Source: Strigamia acuminata
Taxonomy: Eukaryota
Direction of reading: 5' to 3'
DNA length: 64,000 nt
Assembly (NCBI GenBank): GCA_949358305.1
Contig: OX442314.1
Span: 8,494,001-8,558,000, forward strand
In this document: piece by piece, positions 13,421 to 23,180 of the stretch
How the letters are laid out: every line of letters begins with the position of its first letter
Numbering within the stretch: position 1 is the stretch's first letter
The notes under the pieces: generated by a model
Database searches by the model: none
The model's input: the letters and a program-made list of their open reading frames with translations, nothing else
Told to the model about the DNA's origin: nothing
Translations under genes and position numbers: made by a program

Positions 13421-13647
13421 CTAACCACATACACAAGTGTCGCCCAAACAGGTGCCTGTGTAAAAACCATTACCCTGACAAAATGGTACACACTCTTCCG
13501 CATCAGTGCAGGGCTGTTCATCATATGCCATTGCTAATAAGAAAGATAAAAGATAAAATATTTAAACAAAACTGAAATGTTTTGTCCAGAATAGAACTTA
13601 CCACTACACAGCATAAGACAGATTAACACGAGGACTAGATATTTCAT
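13421..13647 (-). CDS. Secreted CS-alpha/beta peptide 2, 52 aa; exons 13647-13602 and 13533-13421
   Basis: MKYLVLVLICLMLCS|AMAYDEQPCTDAEECVPFCQGNGFYTGTCLGDTCVCG*. C-x5-C-x3-C-x9-C-x4-C-x-C with GxC motif; TATATAAA at 13740-13747 (minus). Confidence 0.88.
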
Positions 13648-13940
13648 TTTCAACGATAGAAGAATTGAACTGCGGTAGCAAATAGCGAAGGAAGACTATT
13701 TTCTTGTTGAATGTCGGTACTGGGGTAGCGATGAAGCCGTTTATATACACATTTATTAATGGCCATATCTGAATGGTCTCCAATTGATTGCATTCAATCG
13801 GATTTATTAGACACTGTTAATTTTAATATTTCAATTAATTACAATTACAATGAATAGAGTATCAAATAGAGAAATTGATTTGACTGCAATAAAGTATTTG
13901 TAGAAGTATTACTGTATTACTGTATTACTGTATTACTGTA

Positions 13941-14399
13941 TAAGAGCGGCGGCTCTTATTACAATTGTTTTCCATATTTTGATTAAAATTTTAATTTTTT
14001 CATTGAAATTTCACTTTTTTACATTGAAATTTCACTTTTTTACATTGAAATTTCACTTTTTTCCATTGAAATTTCACGTTTTTCATTATTAAAATTTTAT
14101 TTTTCTCACAAGGCTTTGTAACCAAACAGGAAAAGGTTAATGAAACATTCGTCAATGATGATGGTTATATTTAGATGGAAATTTTTTTTAAAAAGGGTGT
14201 TATTTCAATGGTAAAAAATTAAATTTCACAGACTTGTGAGAAAAATAAAACTTTAATGAAGAAAATGATATATTCAATGGAAAAAAGTGAAATTTCAATG
14301 GAAAAAAGTGAAATTTCAATGAAAAAAAGTGAAATTTCAATGGAAAAAAGTGAAATTTCAATGGAAAAAAGTGAAATTTCAATGGAAAAAAGTGAAATT
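13941..14399. mobile_element. Foldback/MITE-like element, left part (resumes at 27239-27291); target of the gypsy insertion
   Basis: TIR TAAGAGCGGCGGCTCTT at 13941 matches the reverse complement of AAGAGCCGCAACTCTTA ending at 27291 (15 of 17). The arms are built of inverted 21-bp repeats (AATGGAAAAAAGTGAAATTTC). Confidence 0.65.
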
Positions 14400-15483
14400 T
14401 GCGGCGATCCGGGTTTTTACTTATTAAATTATATAAATTCAATAAGCAATCGTCGGTGAGATGCCGTACAGGACTTCTACTCTGTGGCTAAATGGTTGTC
14501 TAGGGGAATGATTTTTACACGGAGAGTAAAAGGAAAAATTAGATTGTTTTAATCGTTCTAAATACACCGGATATATGCAAAGGGAAAATAATAATAGTGT
14601 AATGACGGGGTTGATCTGGCTTCTCTTTGTACTTGGACACTCACAGTTGACCGTTGGCTCCAAAATGGCGTCGATGGCGTCGTGTGAGCGCGGGATTTTA
14701 GCGGAGTAAACTCAACGCTAAAATACGCCTCTAAATATTCTAAAATCCTCGTGGAGCACGCTCGACACGAGAATACGTCTTGCACACAGCGGTTCGATTA
14801 TTACGGAGCAAGCTCGACGTAACAATCGGTCTTTACACAAATCGCTTTGTGGAGTTAAACTCGACACAAAGCCTTCAAACTAACAGAGTAAACTCAATGT
14901 TAGTTTCACACAGAAATGGCTTAAATTACGTGTAGTAATTCAAGCTAGAAAGTTGCTATTCCGTACAGTGGGTACAGACCAGCGATGAAACTCAATTTGT
15001 CCAATATCACAGATCACACTTAGCAGTTTTTGGCATAAGTTTGACACAGTTGTGAACAGTTTGGAGGCAGAATCAAGAGTGCGGGAAGAGTGGGCCAAAA
15101 CCGTTTGGCTCACTCCTAAATCTGCTCAGAAAAGCTGCGCAGATGACGAGTTGCACATAGATCACACACGGCCGCCTTCGGGTCGTGTGCAACAATTGAG
15201 CCGGGCACGCACGAGGGGAAGGGATGCTCCGCCCAGGCACACGCCTAGCAGCATCATCAAAGCAATGCACGCTGCAGCGCGATTGGTTGACGCTGTTGCT
15301 GGGCCAAAACTTGCTGCAAAACACAATATTATTTGGGTAATATTGTGTCTTGTTTTATATTTTATTAATGTATGTTTTATTTCAATTTACATTGAAACAA
15401 AACATATAAGTTTGTTGAATATGTTTATAAGACAATTTGGAAATATGGTGCGCACTCAAATAGGAATATTTGAGGTCACCACA
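14400..15483 (-). repeat. 3' LTR of the gypsy element
   Basis: Direct repeat of 26155-27238; preceded on the minus strand by PPT AAAAGGGGGGGAAG (15484-15497). Confidence 0.97.
14695..14906 (-). promoter_or_regulatory. Array of five bulged RNA hairpins (TAR-like), 3' LTR copy
   Basis: Stems at 14695-14724, 14745-14774, 14795-14828, 14844-14872 and 14877-14906. Each is lower stem + UU/UC bulge + GAGY..RCUC on the minus strand. Confidence 0.8.
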
Positions 15484-15867
15484 CTTCCCCCCCCTTTTAA
15501 GAAAGAATCTTATTCTTTTCCAAAAAGAGACAGGTAAGTATAGGAATAAATACACAAGGTTTCAAAGTAAAATGAAACAGGATATATATTTATTCTTTTT
15601 CATTACAATATAAAAATAAAAAAGGAATCATTTTTAATAAACGGGCGTGTTCCCTAATTATTTCGGCAACATGTCCGTCGAATGATCGTTTGGATCTTTG
15701 TGCTCGGTGACGGTGCACAAAGGTCGGCCGGCGTTTGGTCCTGACCGGAAGCCAGGGTTGATGTGGAGCCACACTTGCTTGATGCGGTCCACACCATCCC
15801 TTCGTCCAAAACCCATCTCGAAGTACTCCTGCGGGTCTTGAGGCGTAATTCGAGCGAACACCAGGCG

Positions 15868-18494
15868 TTAGTGCAGGATCCACGACTGTTGTTCCTTGAT
15901 GTGGTTTTCCAGCCACGCGAGGACTCGGTTGCATAAATCCTCGCTGTTCTGGAGAATCGTTTTCGTCGCGCTCGTTATGTAGCAAAAGGCGTATAATGAG
16001 CGCAAACGTTGATAGGCGGTGAGGTAGGTGGCCATCTTTGATCCCCTATCTCTCGGTGGCGAATCCTTTGGAGGAGGCGGCGGTGGTGGCGACTTCTTGC
16101 AGATCGAGAGGGATCTGGATCTGCGCGAAGCCGGGGTGCGCGTTTTTGGTCTGGCACCGCTGGCCACAGGCACGACGAACTCGCGATCGTCGCTGTCGAG
16201 CCACTCCATTGGAGACGAGATGTCGCAACTCGGTGCCTCGGTTGCACGGGAAACACTCGACGTTGCCGTAATGGCAGCGTGGAGTGGATCTGCGGATGAC
16301 GGTGGTGCGCCAGCGGGACGGGCGGTAGCTCGTTCTGTTGCGCGCTGCTGCTTCAGTGTAGCCCATTCCTGCCGTAGTCGAATGGCGGATCCAGCCGGAG
16401 TTTCGCCAGTCGCCTCGGCTTGTTGTGTCAATTCGGCGAGCATCGTTGGAGGATCGGGGCGAACTGACTCCCAATCGTCCAGCAAGGCTCGTGGAAGCCC
16501 TAACGGCACGGTCCACAATCGAGTGGCGGCCGCCAGAGCAATCTGTGGGTCGGGAAAGACTCCTTGGAACAGGATTCGAAGAAGTCCCTCCGACAACTTC
16601 CTGTTCATCTTCTGCAGCGTCCGTTGCAGTTGCTTGTCGGACTTGCACGACGCAAGCTCTCGGGCAAGCCATTGCCATTCCTTCTCACCTTCGCGGATCT
16701 GAGCGAGTTGGTATTCGTCCAGATGCGCGAGGTACATCGCTTGGGCTGTCTTGGGAAACGATGAGAATCGCCTCCAGAGATCAGCGCACTCCTGTGCGGG
16801 AAATGGTTCTTGAGAGACGTATCCCTCAAAACGGATGACCGATGTCACGTGTGGCACGGGCACCGATGGGTCTGGTCGCATGTCGCTGGTGACTGGACGG
16901 CAAGCGAACGGCAAAGAGGTGTTGACGTCTCCTTGACCGGCTTGCAATGCGGCAATGCGTCGATCTTCTTTCGCTATCTCGTCCGACCAGTCAATCCGGC
17001 CGGAGGAGGAAGCGCTAAGCTGTGAAGCGTTGGACTTTTCTTCACGCGACGAGAGTGAACTCCTCGTGGAAGATTGGCGCGATTGCACTCGAGGTCGGCT
17101 TCGGGATGTGGGTCTCGACACGGACTTCGAATGTCTTTTTGGCGGCGTCGGCTCGCGTCGGTGATGTGAGCGATGACGAGCCTTCTGGAGTGGAGGTAAC
17201 CCTCCAATGGCGCCTTCCCCCGACGACTGTGTTGGGGAGGAGCGACGGCCACTGTAGGGCGACCTTGATGATCGTGACCTCGACGTGGAGCGCGGTGGCA
17301 CCACGTGGATGGTGGAAGCGACCTGTACCCGAGGCTCAGGCTCTGGATACGGGTTTGGCACGAAATCAGCATGGAAACATCCGCCCATGGCTAGTTGATG
17401 CATCTCCGATTGGCATGTCGGCACCCAACGTTTCTTTCCGTCCGTTGTTACACGGAAAGATTCGTGGTAGAGGCGTACAACCTCGGCCTTGGTCTGGTCA
17501 AGACGTTGGAAGATGTCCTCCAAAATCTGTCGACGCTCCCACGCAGGAGCGTTGAAGTAACGGCGATGGTCTCGCGTTTCTTGAGCGATCACTGTGAAGG
17601 CGAAGTCGAGCAACACGTTTCGCAGTGGTCCGAAGGTGTCGCGCTTCATTGCCCACTCGAGGGCGTCGCGATGACCGAATCCATCGATTAAATAGGCGAT
17701 CCGAAACTTCGTTCCCCATCGCTTGTTTAAGGCCTTGGAGAATTTGTGTCGGGCCGCCCAAAACGTCAGTCTTCCTTTAGACTTTATGATCTCCGGTGGC
17801 AAAGCGTGTCGCCAGACACCAGGAGCTGTCGGAACATCGGGATGCAGTTCGAGATGCGTTTCCCGAAGCTGGATGATCTGTAAAAATATTCGAAGAAATA
17901 ATTAAAATCCATTTTTTCGTTAAAATTAATTATTTCCGAATTTTCAGTGAATAAAATCACGGGTGAGATTTCATTCGACAGTTTAGATTCGTTAAACTTT
18001 TCAAAATATTTGAAAAATCGTGAAAAACGTTGTTTCCGACGGCTATGTTTCAGTGTTTGGAGCGTTACCATAGCAACGCCTCAAAAATGAGACACAGCGC
18101 CATCTGATGATAAAAATGGCGGCGCCTTCTTGCGAAGGCGTTACCAACGAACTTTTCGCTTTTTCCGAGTGAAAATGCACTTTTAATTACTTTTCATGAC
18201 TGAAAGGTAATTTTATTTTAATTTATTTACCCGGTCGTGTCTCTGTGCACGAGTTTCGCCGTTTGGATCGGCGAATAGGCCTCCTCGAAGTTGTGGTCGG
18301 GGCGGCGTGACTGGCAAACGGGCAGCAGCGTCGGCCAGAGCGGCTTGAGCTTCGGCGGACGCTTCGGCGGACTCTTCGGTGACATCCACGGATGCATTCG
18401 AAGTGTTTGCGGAACCAAGCAGCGTCGAATTTGTTTCTAATTCGAGGCTGTTGGCGCCGGCTTCGCTTCCTTCTTTCGGTTCCTCTCCTTCCAT
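15868..18494 (-). CDS. Spliced accessory gene (ORF3) of the gypsy element, about 757 aa; exons 18494-18231 and 17877-15868; function unknown, not env-like
   Basis: MEGEEPKEG...AQRHDR|gtaaat ... tttttacag|IIQLRETHLELHPDV... joins in frame (phase 0) to the 644-aa ORF. The exons are GC-rich and the 353-bp intron is AT-rich. It has Arg/Ser-rich tracts, and the same frame continues 69 codons past the TAA to 15658. Confidence 0.75.
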
Positions 18495-18702
18495 TTGAAC
18501 GACTAATCCAAATGGAAAAGAAAAAACGAAAATTAATTTATTAGTTTTTCTTTGGAAAATTCCAAAGAAAAAACTACTTACAATTGAAGATTCGGGAGAA
18601 TTTATCCAACGGTTTCTCTTTTGGTTTTGGGGATGAGCACTTAGCACACGTGTGAGATCGAAGTGAACTCAGACGCGAAGTGATCAGTTCAAATACCGGA
18701 AG

Positions 18703-20310
18703 TTACGTTTGGGTAACGTCGCGGTTAGTGACGTCATCCAATCTTACTGTTTGATTGGTTTGAGTATGGCTTGGGGAATTGCTCCTTACGTCATACGGCT
18801 GATCCCTGGATCTCGAGGTTAGCGAGGGGAGAAGACACATGTTGTTTTTTCCTCTCGGTTTACGAGTCCGAAGATTATATCTCTTTGTCGGCGAGGGATT
18901 TATTGTATTTAAATCGCCGTCTTCATTGTCATCGGAGACCGAGTCAGATGAGTCTTTTATTTCAGATGTTTTTTGTTTCTTTTCTAAAAACACCTTTTTA
19001 TTTAATTTTTTAGCAATTTCAAGCTTTTTGAAACTGTCACGAAGTTCAACGTCGTTATTCACGAGGTCTGACTCCATTTGTGGTTTGGATGAATTATCGA
19101 CAGGTATTTTCTTTAATTCATCGTCATCTAACGTATTAATTATATTTTCAGTTTTTTGACCGACTTCTTCGCCTTCTAACCATACTTCCTGGTCGAAACT
19201 CGGGAAATACGGAGTTAATTCAGACGAATGGACAGCTGGAAATATTTCGTTATTCTGTAGCTTTCTCAATTCTACCGAACCTCCCTGTAATACTTTGGTT
19301 ATTACATAAGGTCCTGTTCTTTTATCAGCGATGCCAGCTGCAATGCCGCGGGCAGCGCTCGACAAAACATGAGAATCTCTCCAAACTAAATCGTTTAATT
19401 TAAAATTGGAGAACTTCTCACCTTCTTTTTTAAGATTAACTCGTCTACGCAAATCTAGCACGTGTGACATCATGTGCTGATATGTTTCGGCGATAACAGC
19501 TTCCAACTTTTGCACGTATAAATGTGGGTTTTTTGGATCTACGACCAAAATTCCTTCAGGTATTCTTGGATCCCAAGGTACTCTGAGTTCGCGAAAAAAG
19601 TTAAGAAATGCGGGAGAGAAGTCTCTTCCTCTCGTCACCGTAGTTCTCAAACTAAATGCAAATTCACGCAAATATTCGTCCCATTTGGAATGAACAGATG
19701 AATAAATTGCAACCAAATATTTGATGTCACGGTTAACCCTTTCAACCGGGTTAGCTTGTGGGTGATACGTTGAAGTTGGTGTTGGAACCATCTTGAACTT
19801 TTCACAAAATTTTTTAAAGACTTGGGCACGAAATTGCGGGCCGTTGTCAGAAATAATTTTACGAGGGAATCCCATGCTCATGGAAAGGTGATAAATGCAA
19901 TTTGCTACTTTTCCAGTGGGGTTACACATTGGATATAATTCTGGCCAATGAGTTGCCACGTCAAGTATGACTAAAATATGTGTGTTGTTTTTGCGCGTCC
20001 GAGGTTTCGGGCCGGTCAAATCAACACTTAGGCAGTCAAATGGGCTGTAAGGACCCATTTGCGCTGCTTCAATTTGTCCTTTCGTTCGAGGCTTGCAAGC
20101 TTGACAACGCTCGCAATGTCGAATGAATCTCGCAATGTCCGATTTCATGCCTTTCCAGGTATAAATTCGGCGTGCTCGATAAAGAGTCCTTGCAATTCCT
20201 GGGTGGCCAGAAAGTGGGTGGCCATGCATTAGCCAAATAATTTTATACTTCAATGTCTGAGGTACAAAAACTTTGAGTGCTCTCCCATCCTCCCCCAATT
20301 CATCAGACAT
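18703..20310 (-). CDS. pol: Gypsy integrase (out of frame with upstream pol)
   Basis: HHCC (HGHPLSGHPG...CERC), catalytic SVDLTG, ISDNGPQF and NPVERVN, C-terminal GPY motif. Confidence 0.93.
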   Translation of the reverse strand: MSDELGEDGRALKVFVPQTLKYKIIWLMHGHPLSGHPGIARTLYRARRIYTWKGMKSDIARFIRHCERCQACKPRTKGQIEAAQMGPYSPFDCLSVDLTGPKPRTRKNNTHILVILDVATHWPELYPMCNPTGKVANCIYHLSMSMGFPRKIISDNGPQFRAQVFKKFCEKFKMVPTPTSTYHPQANPVERVNRDIKYLVAIYSSVHSKWDEYLREFAFSLRTTVTRGRDFSPAFLNFFRELRVPWDPRIPEGILVVDPKNPHLYVQKLEAVIAETYQHMMSHVLDLRRRVNLKKEGEKFSNFKLNDLVWRDSHVLSSAARGIAAGIADKRTGPYVITKVLQGGSVELRKLQNNEIFPAVHSSELTPYFPSFDQEVWLEGEEVGQKTENIINTLDDDELKKIPVDNSSKPQMESDLVNNDVELRDSFKKLEIAKKLNKKVFLEKKQKTSEIKDSSDSVSDDNEDGDLNTINPSPTKRYNLRTRKPRGKNNMCLLPSLTSRSRDQPYDVRSNSPSHTQTNQTVRLDDVTNRDVTQT

Positions 20311-23174
20311 TGTGAATGAAATTGCATTAATAAGTCATCTTCAATTAAGAAGGTGGTTGCGTGTTTTCTATATTGTTTCCTCTGGAGTCGCGTTGTGACG
20401 TCAGGCGGAAATTGATTACAATTTAAAAAATTACGCATCAATTGGCAAACTTTATCTTCTTTTTGGGCCTTGATTATGTCTTCCCTTGTGGGGGGTTCAC
20501 AATCAAGACGCTCTACAATTTTGGCGACAAATGCTTTTATTAAAACATTTGACGAAGGAACTTGGAATTTCCTTGAAATTTGCGCTCTTATGACGTCATC
20601 TGATTCCTCAGAGGGGTCATAGATTTTAGTCCAATAGTTGACGAATTCGTGATCTTCCTTTTCCTCCAGCGTGGAGACAGGAAGCTCATGAAATTTTCCC
20701 ATTTTCCAATTTCGTTGTGGTGATGGACAGTAAGATAATAATTCATCATTATCTCCATCATCTTCAGGATTTTCCGGTTTATCAATCGGTGATCTGGATA
20801 AAGCATCCGCTAAAACATTTAGTGGACCTTTAATATATTGTATTTCGAAAGAGTAGCGCATTAGCTCCATTTGCCAACGCGCTAACCTTCCGGCAGGTTC
20901 GTCTAACTGCATCAACCATTTTAATGCTTGATGGTCAGTCCTTACTATGAATGTTGTAAATTCCAAGTAATGTCGAAATTTACGTAATGCCCAGATTACC
21001 GCTAGGCACTCCAATTCTGTGGCGCTGTAATTTATCTCAGCAGGTTGCAAACTTCTGCTGGCATAAACACAAGGCACTTCGATATTTTGATCATCGATTT
21101 CCCTCATTTGCATAAGCGCGGCGCCAAGTCCTTTTCTGCTGGCGTCGGTATGCACAATAAATGGTTCTGTCAAATCAGGCATGGCCATTGTTTCTGCATT
21201 CGTCAAAGCATCTTTTATTTGATCAAAAGCTTCTTGATGAATTTCTGACCAAATAAATTCCACATCCTTTTTGAGTAAAGGACGTAGAGGTTCCGTCATG
21301 ACTGCTAGATTCTTGAGTAATCGGTGAAAAAAGTTCACCATTCCCAAAAATCTTTGCAACTCTTTCAAGTTTGAAGGAGCTGGCATTTCCTTAATAGCGG
21401 CGACTTTTTTAGGGTCGACGCTAACTCCTTGAACACTTAACTTGTAACCAAGAAAAGTTAATTCTTTTCTGCCAAATTTCGATTTTTCTGGATGAACATG
21501 AAGATTTGCATTTTCAAGTTTACTCAGAATTTCTTCCAGATGAATCATGTGTTCTTCAAAATTTTTAGATATAATGATTATATCATCGAGGTATGCCCAT
21601 GCAAATTTTCGATAGGCGTCCCCCAAAATTTTTTCTATCAACTTTTGAAAGGTTGACGGCGCATTTACGAGACCAAAGGGCATGACTCGGAATTGCAGTC
21701 GACCCAAAGGGCTCCAAAACGCAGTTTTAGCACGGTCGTTCGGATGAACCTCTATCTGCCAATAGCCTTTTGACAAATCTATTGTTGTGACCCATTCAAA
21801 CCTTCCGAGTTCTCGCAAGATTTCCTCAATGCTGGGCATTTGAGGAGGGTCGTATAATGTATGCGCATTGAGTGGTCTAAAATCAATGCAGAGTCTTGGA
21901 TCACAATCCGGACGCATCACTAGAACTATTCGCATCCCATAGTCTCCAGTGGCTTGTTCAACGTACCCATTATCCAACATATCTTGACAGATTTGACGGA
22001 TAATTTCACGTTTCTGTGGATTTACGCTTTTAAACGGAACTCTAATTGGAACTTTAGTGTCCAGTTTAATTTCATGCCTAACGAGGTGTGTTCTACCTGG
22101 TCGGCGAGATAAAATCTTTTCATGTTTCTTTAATACTCTTTCAAGCATTAAATTATTTTCCATTGACAAATTAGCGTCGCTAACAAGTCTTTGTACTATA
22201 TTTTCTTCATCGGCAACTTTAGCTTGACATGCAGTGGCGGAACCAGCTTTCATGTGATTTGCTTTAATAAAGTCGCGTTTCATGATTTCTTCGGGTGGAT
22301 CAAGGAACTCTTGATAACGATCAAGAATCGCTTGAGGAACAAAAGGTAAATCTTCTTTCAAAGACTTGACAAAATTCCAAGACATGGTCTTAGGATTTGG
22401 TTGAATATTGAGTCGATTCATGAAATCACATCCTAATAAAATAATAGGATATTTATTTCTTAAAATCATGAATGGATGACTCAACATCCCGTGTGTCCAC
22501 GCAAAAGAAAGTAGGAGAGTTCCTTCAGGGACTACATCTTCTGAAGCAGTCGTAACTCTCACATCCGGTCCAATTGGTCGAATTTCATTTTCCAGTTTCA
22601 GCGAAATTACTACGGAGTAGGCCATGAAGCTTCGATTAGCTCCAGAGTCTAACATCCCTGTTATCATACCGTTTGCCGTCTGCAATCGAATCGTCGGCAA
22701 ATCATTGCTGTTTGGTATGTCCGCGTATTTGCATTTAAAACGTCGCGGTGGTTTAATTTCTATCGGCGGATCCAATGGTAATTCGTCCAATAAATCATTA
22801 GTGACTAACGTTGTAGCCATTAATTTTTCAATACATTCATCAAGACCAGGTAAATCAATTTTATCTGATCCTTCAGTGATTTCAGGTGTTGGCCTAGTTT
22901 TTTCATCAAGTAAAGTAACAGCATCTTTTATTTTAGATTCCCAATCAACTTTTATTTGTTGAACTTTTTCTTTAAAAAATTCTTCAGTGATGTTTTCATT
23001 TTGCAGCACAAGCCTTAAACTGGAAACATCAATTTTTGGAAATACTAAATTATTTTCGATTTCTAATTTAATCTGAGTATTCAAAAATTCATCTAAAATT
23101 TGAGATGGTGTTAGTTCATTTTCCGAGGCGGTAGGCGTCGCATCCACTAGACCGTCTGGATGCGCGCTTACAAG
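20250..23174 (-). CDS. pol: Gypsy pol: aspartic protease, reverse transcriptase, RNase H (entered by -1 frameshift from gag)
   Basis: LDSGA protease, IDLSKGYWQ, MPFGLVNAP, YLDD, TDAS, ELECLAV, TDHQAL, ADALSR. Confidence 0.96.
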   Translation of the reverse strand, partial: LVSAHPDGLVDATPTASENELTPSQILDEFLNTQIKLEIENNLVFPKIDVSSLRLVLQNENITEEFFKEKVQQIKVDWESKIKDAVTLLDEKTRPTPEITEGSDKIDLPGLDECIEKLMATTLVTNDLLDELPLDPPIEIKPPRRFKCKYADIPNSNDLPTIRLQTANGMITGMLDSGANRSFMAYSVVISLKLENEIRPIGPDVRVTTASEDVVPEGTLLLSFAWTHGMLSHPFMILRNKYPIILLGCDFMNRLNIQPNPKTMSWNFVKSLKEDLPFVPQAILDRYQEFLDPPEEIMKRDFIKANHMKAGSATACQAKVADEENIVQRLVSDANLSMENNLMLERVLKKHEKILSRRPGRTHLVRHEIKLDTKVPIRVPFKSVNPQKREIIRQICQDMLDNGYVEQATGDYGMRIVLVMRPDCDPRLCIDFRPLNAHTLYDPPQMPSIEEILRELGRFEWVTTIDLSKGYWQIEVHPNDRAKTAFWSPLGRLQFRVMPFGLVNAPSTFQKLIEKILGDAYRKFAWAYLDDIIIISKNFEEHMIHLEEILSKLENANLHVHPEKSKFGRKELTFLGYKLSVQGVSVDPKKVAAIKEMPAPSNLKELQRFLGMVNFFHRLLKNLAVMTEPLRPLLKKDVEFIWSEIHQEAFDQIKDALTNAETMAMPDLTEPFIVHTDASRKGLGAALMQMREIDDQNIEVPCVYASRSLQPAEINYSATELECLAVIWALRKFRHYLEFTTFIVRTDHQALKWLMQLDEPAGRLARWQMELMRYSFEIQYIKGPLNVLADALSRSPIDKPENPEDDGDNDELLSYCPSPQRNWKMGKFHELPVSTLEEKEDHEFVNYWTKIYDPSEESDDVIRAQISRKFQVPSSNVLIKAFVAKIVERLDCEPPTREDIIKAQKEDKVCQLMRNFLNCNQFPPDVTTRLQRKQYRKHATTFLIEDDLLMQFHSQCLMNWGRMGEHSKFLYLRH

Positions 23175-23180
23175 TTTTTT
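23139..23180 (-). promoter_or_regulatory. Programmed -1 ribosomal frameshift signal (gag-pol)
   Basis: Slippery heptamer A_AAA_AAC (23180-23174) in the gag frame, one codon before the stop. It is followed by a stem CGCAUCCA/UGGAUGCG, and the -1 frame (KLVSAHPDGLVDATPT) is the pol frame. Confidence 0.85.

Noticed and set aside
14695..14906. CRISPR-like reading of the regularly spaced GAG..CTC motifs
   Set aside because: Eukaryotic LTR context, no cas genes, and the variable parts are self-complementary stems rather than spacers.
15052..15537. 161-aa ORF, also present at 26807-27259
   Set aside because: Antisense ORF within the LTR, non-ATG start, runs off the LTR end; duplicated only because the LTR is.
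15868..17802. ORF3 as an env gene
   Set aside because: No signal peptide, transmembrane anchor or Cys-rich ectodomain visible.
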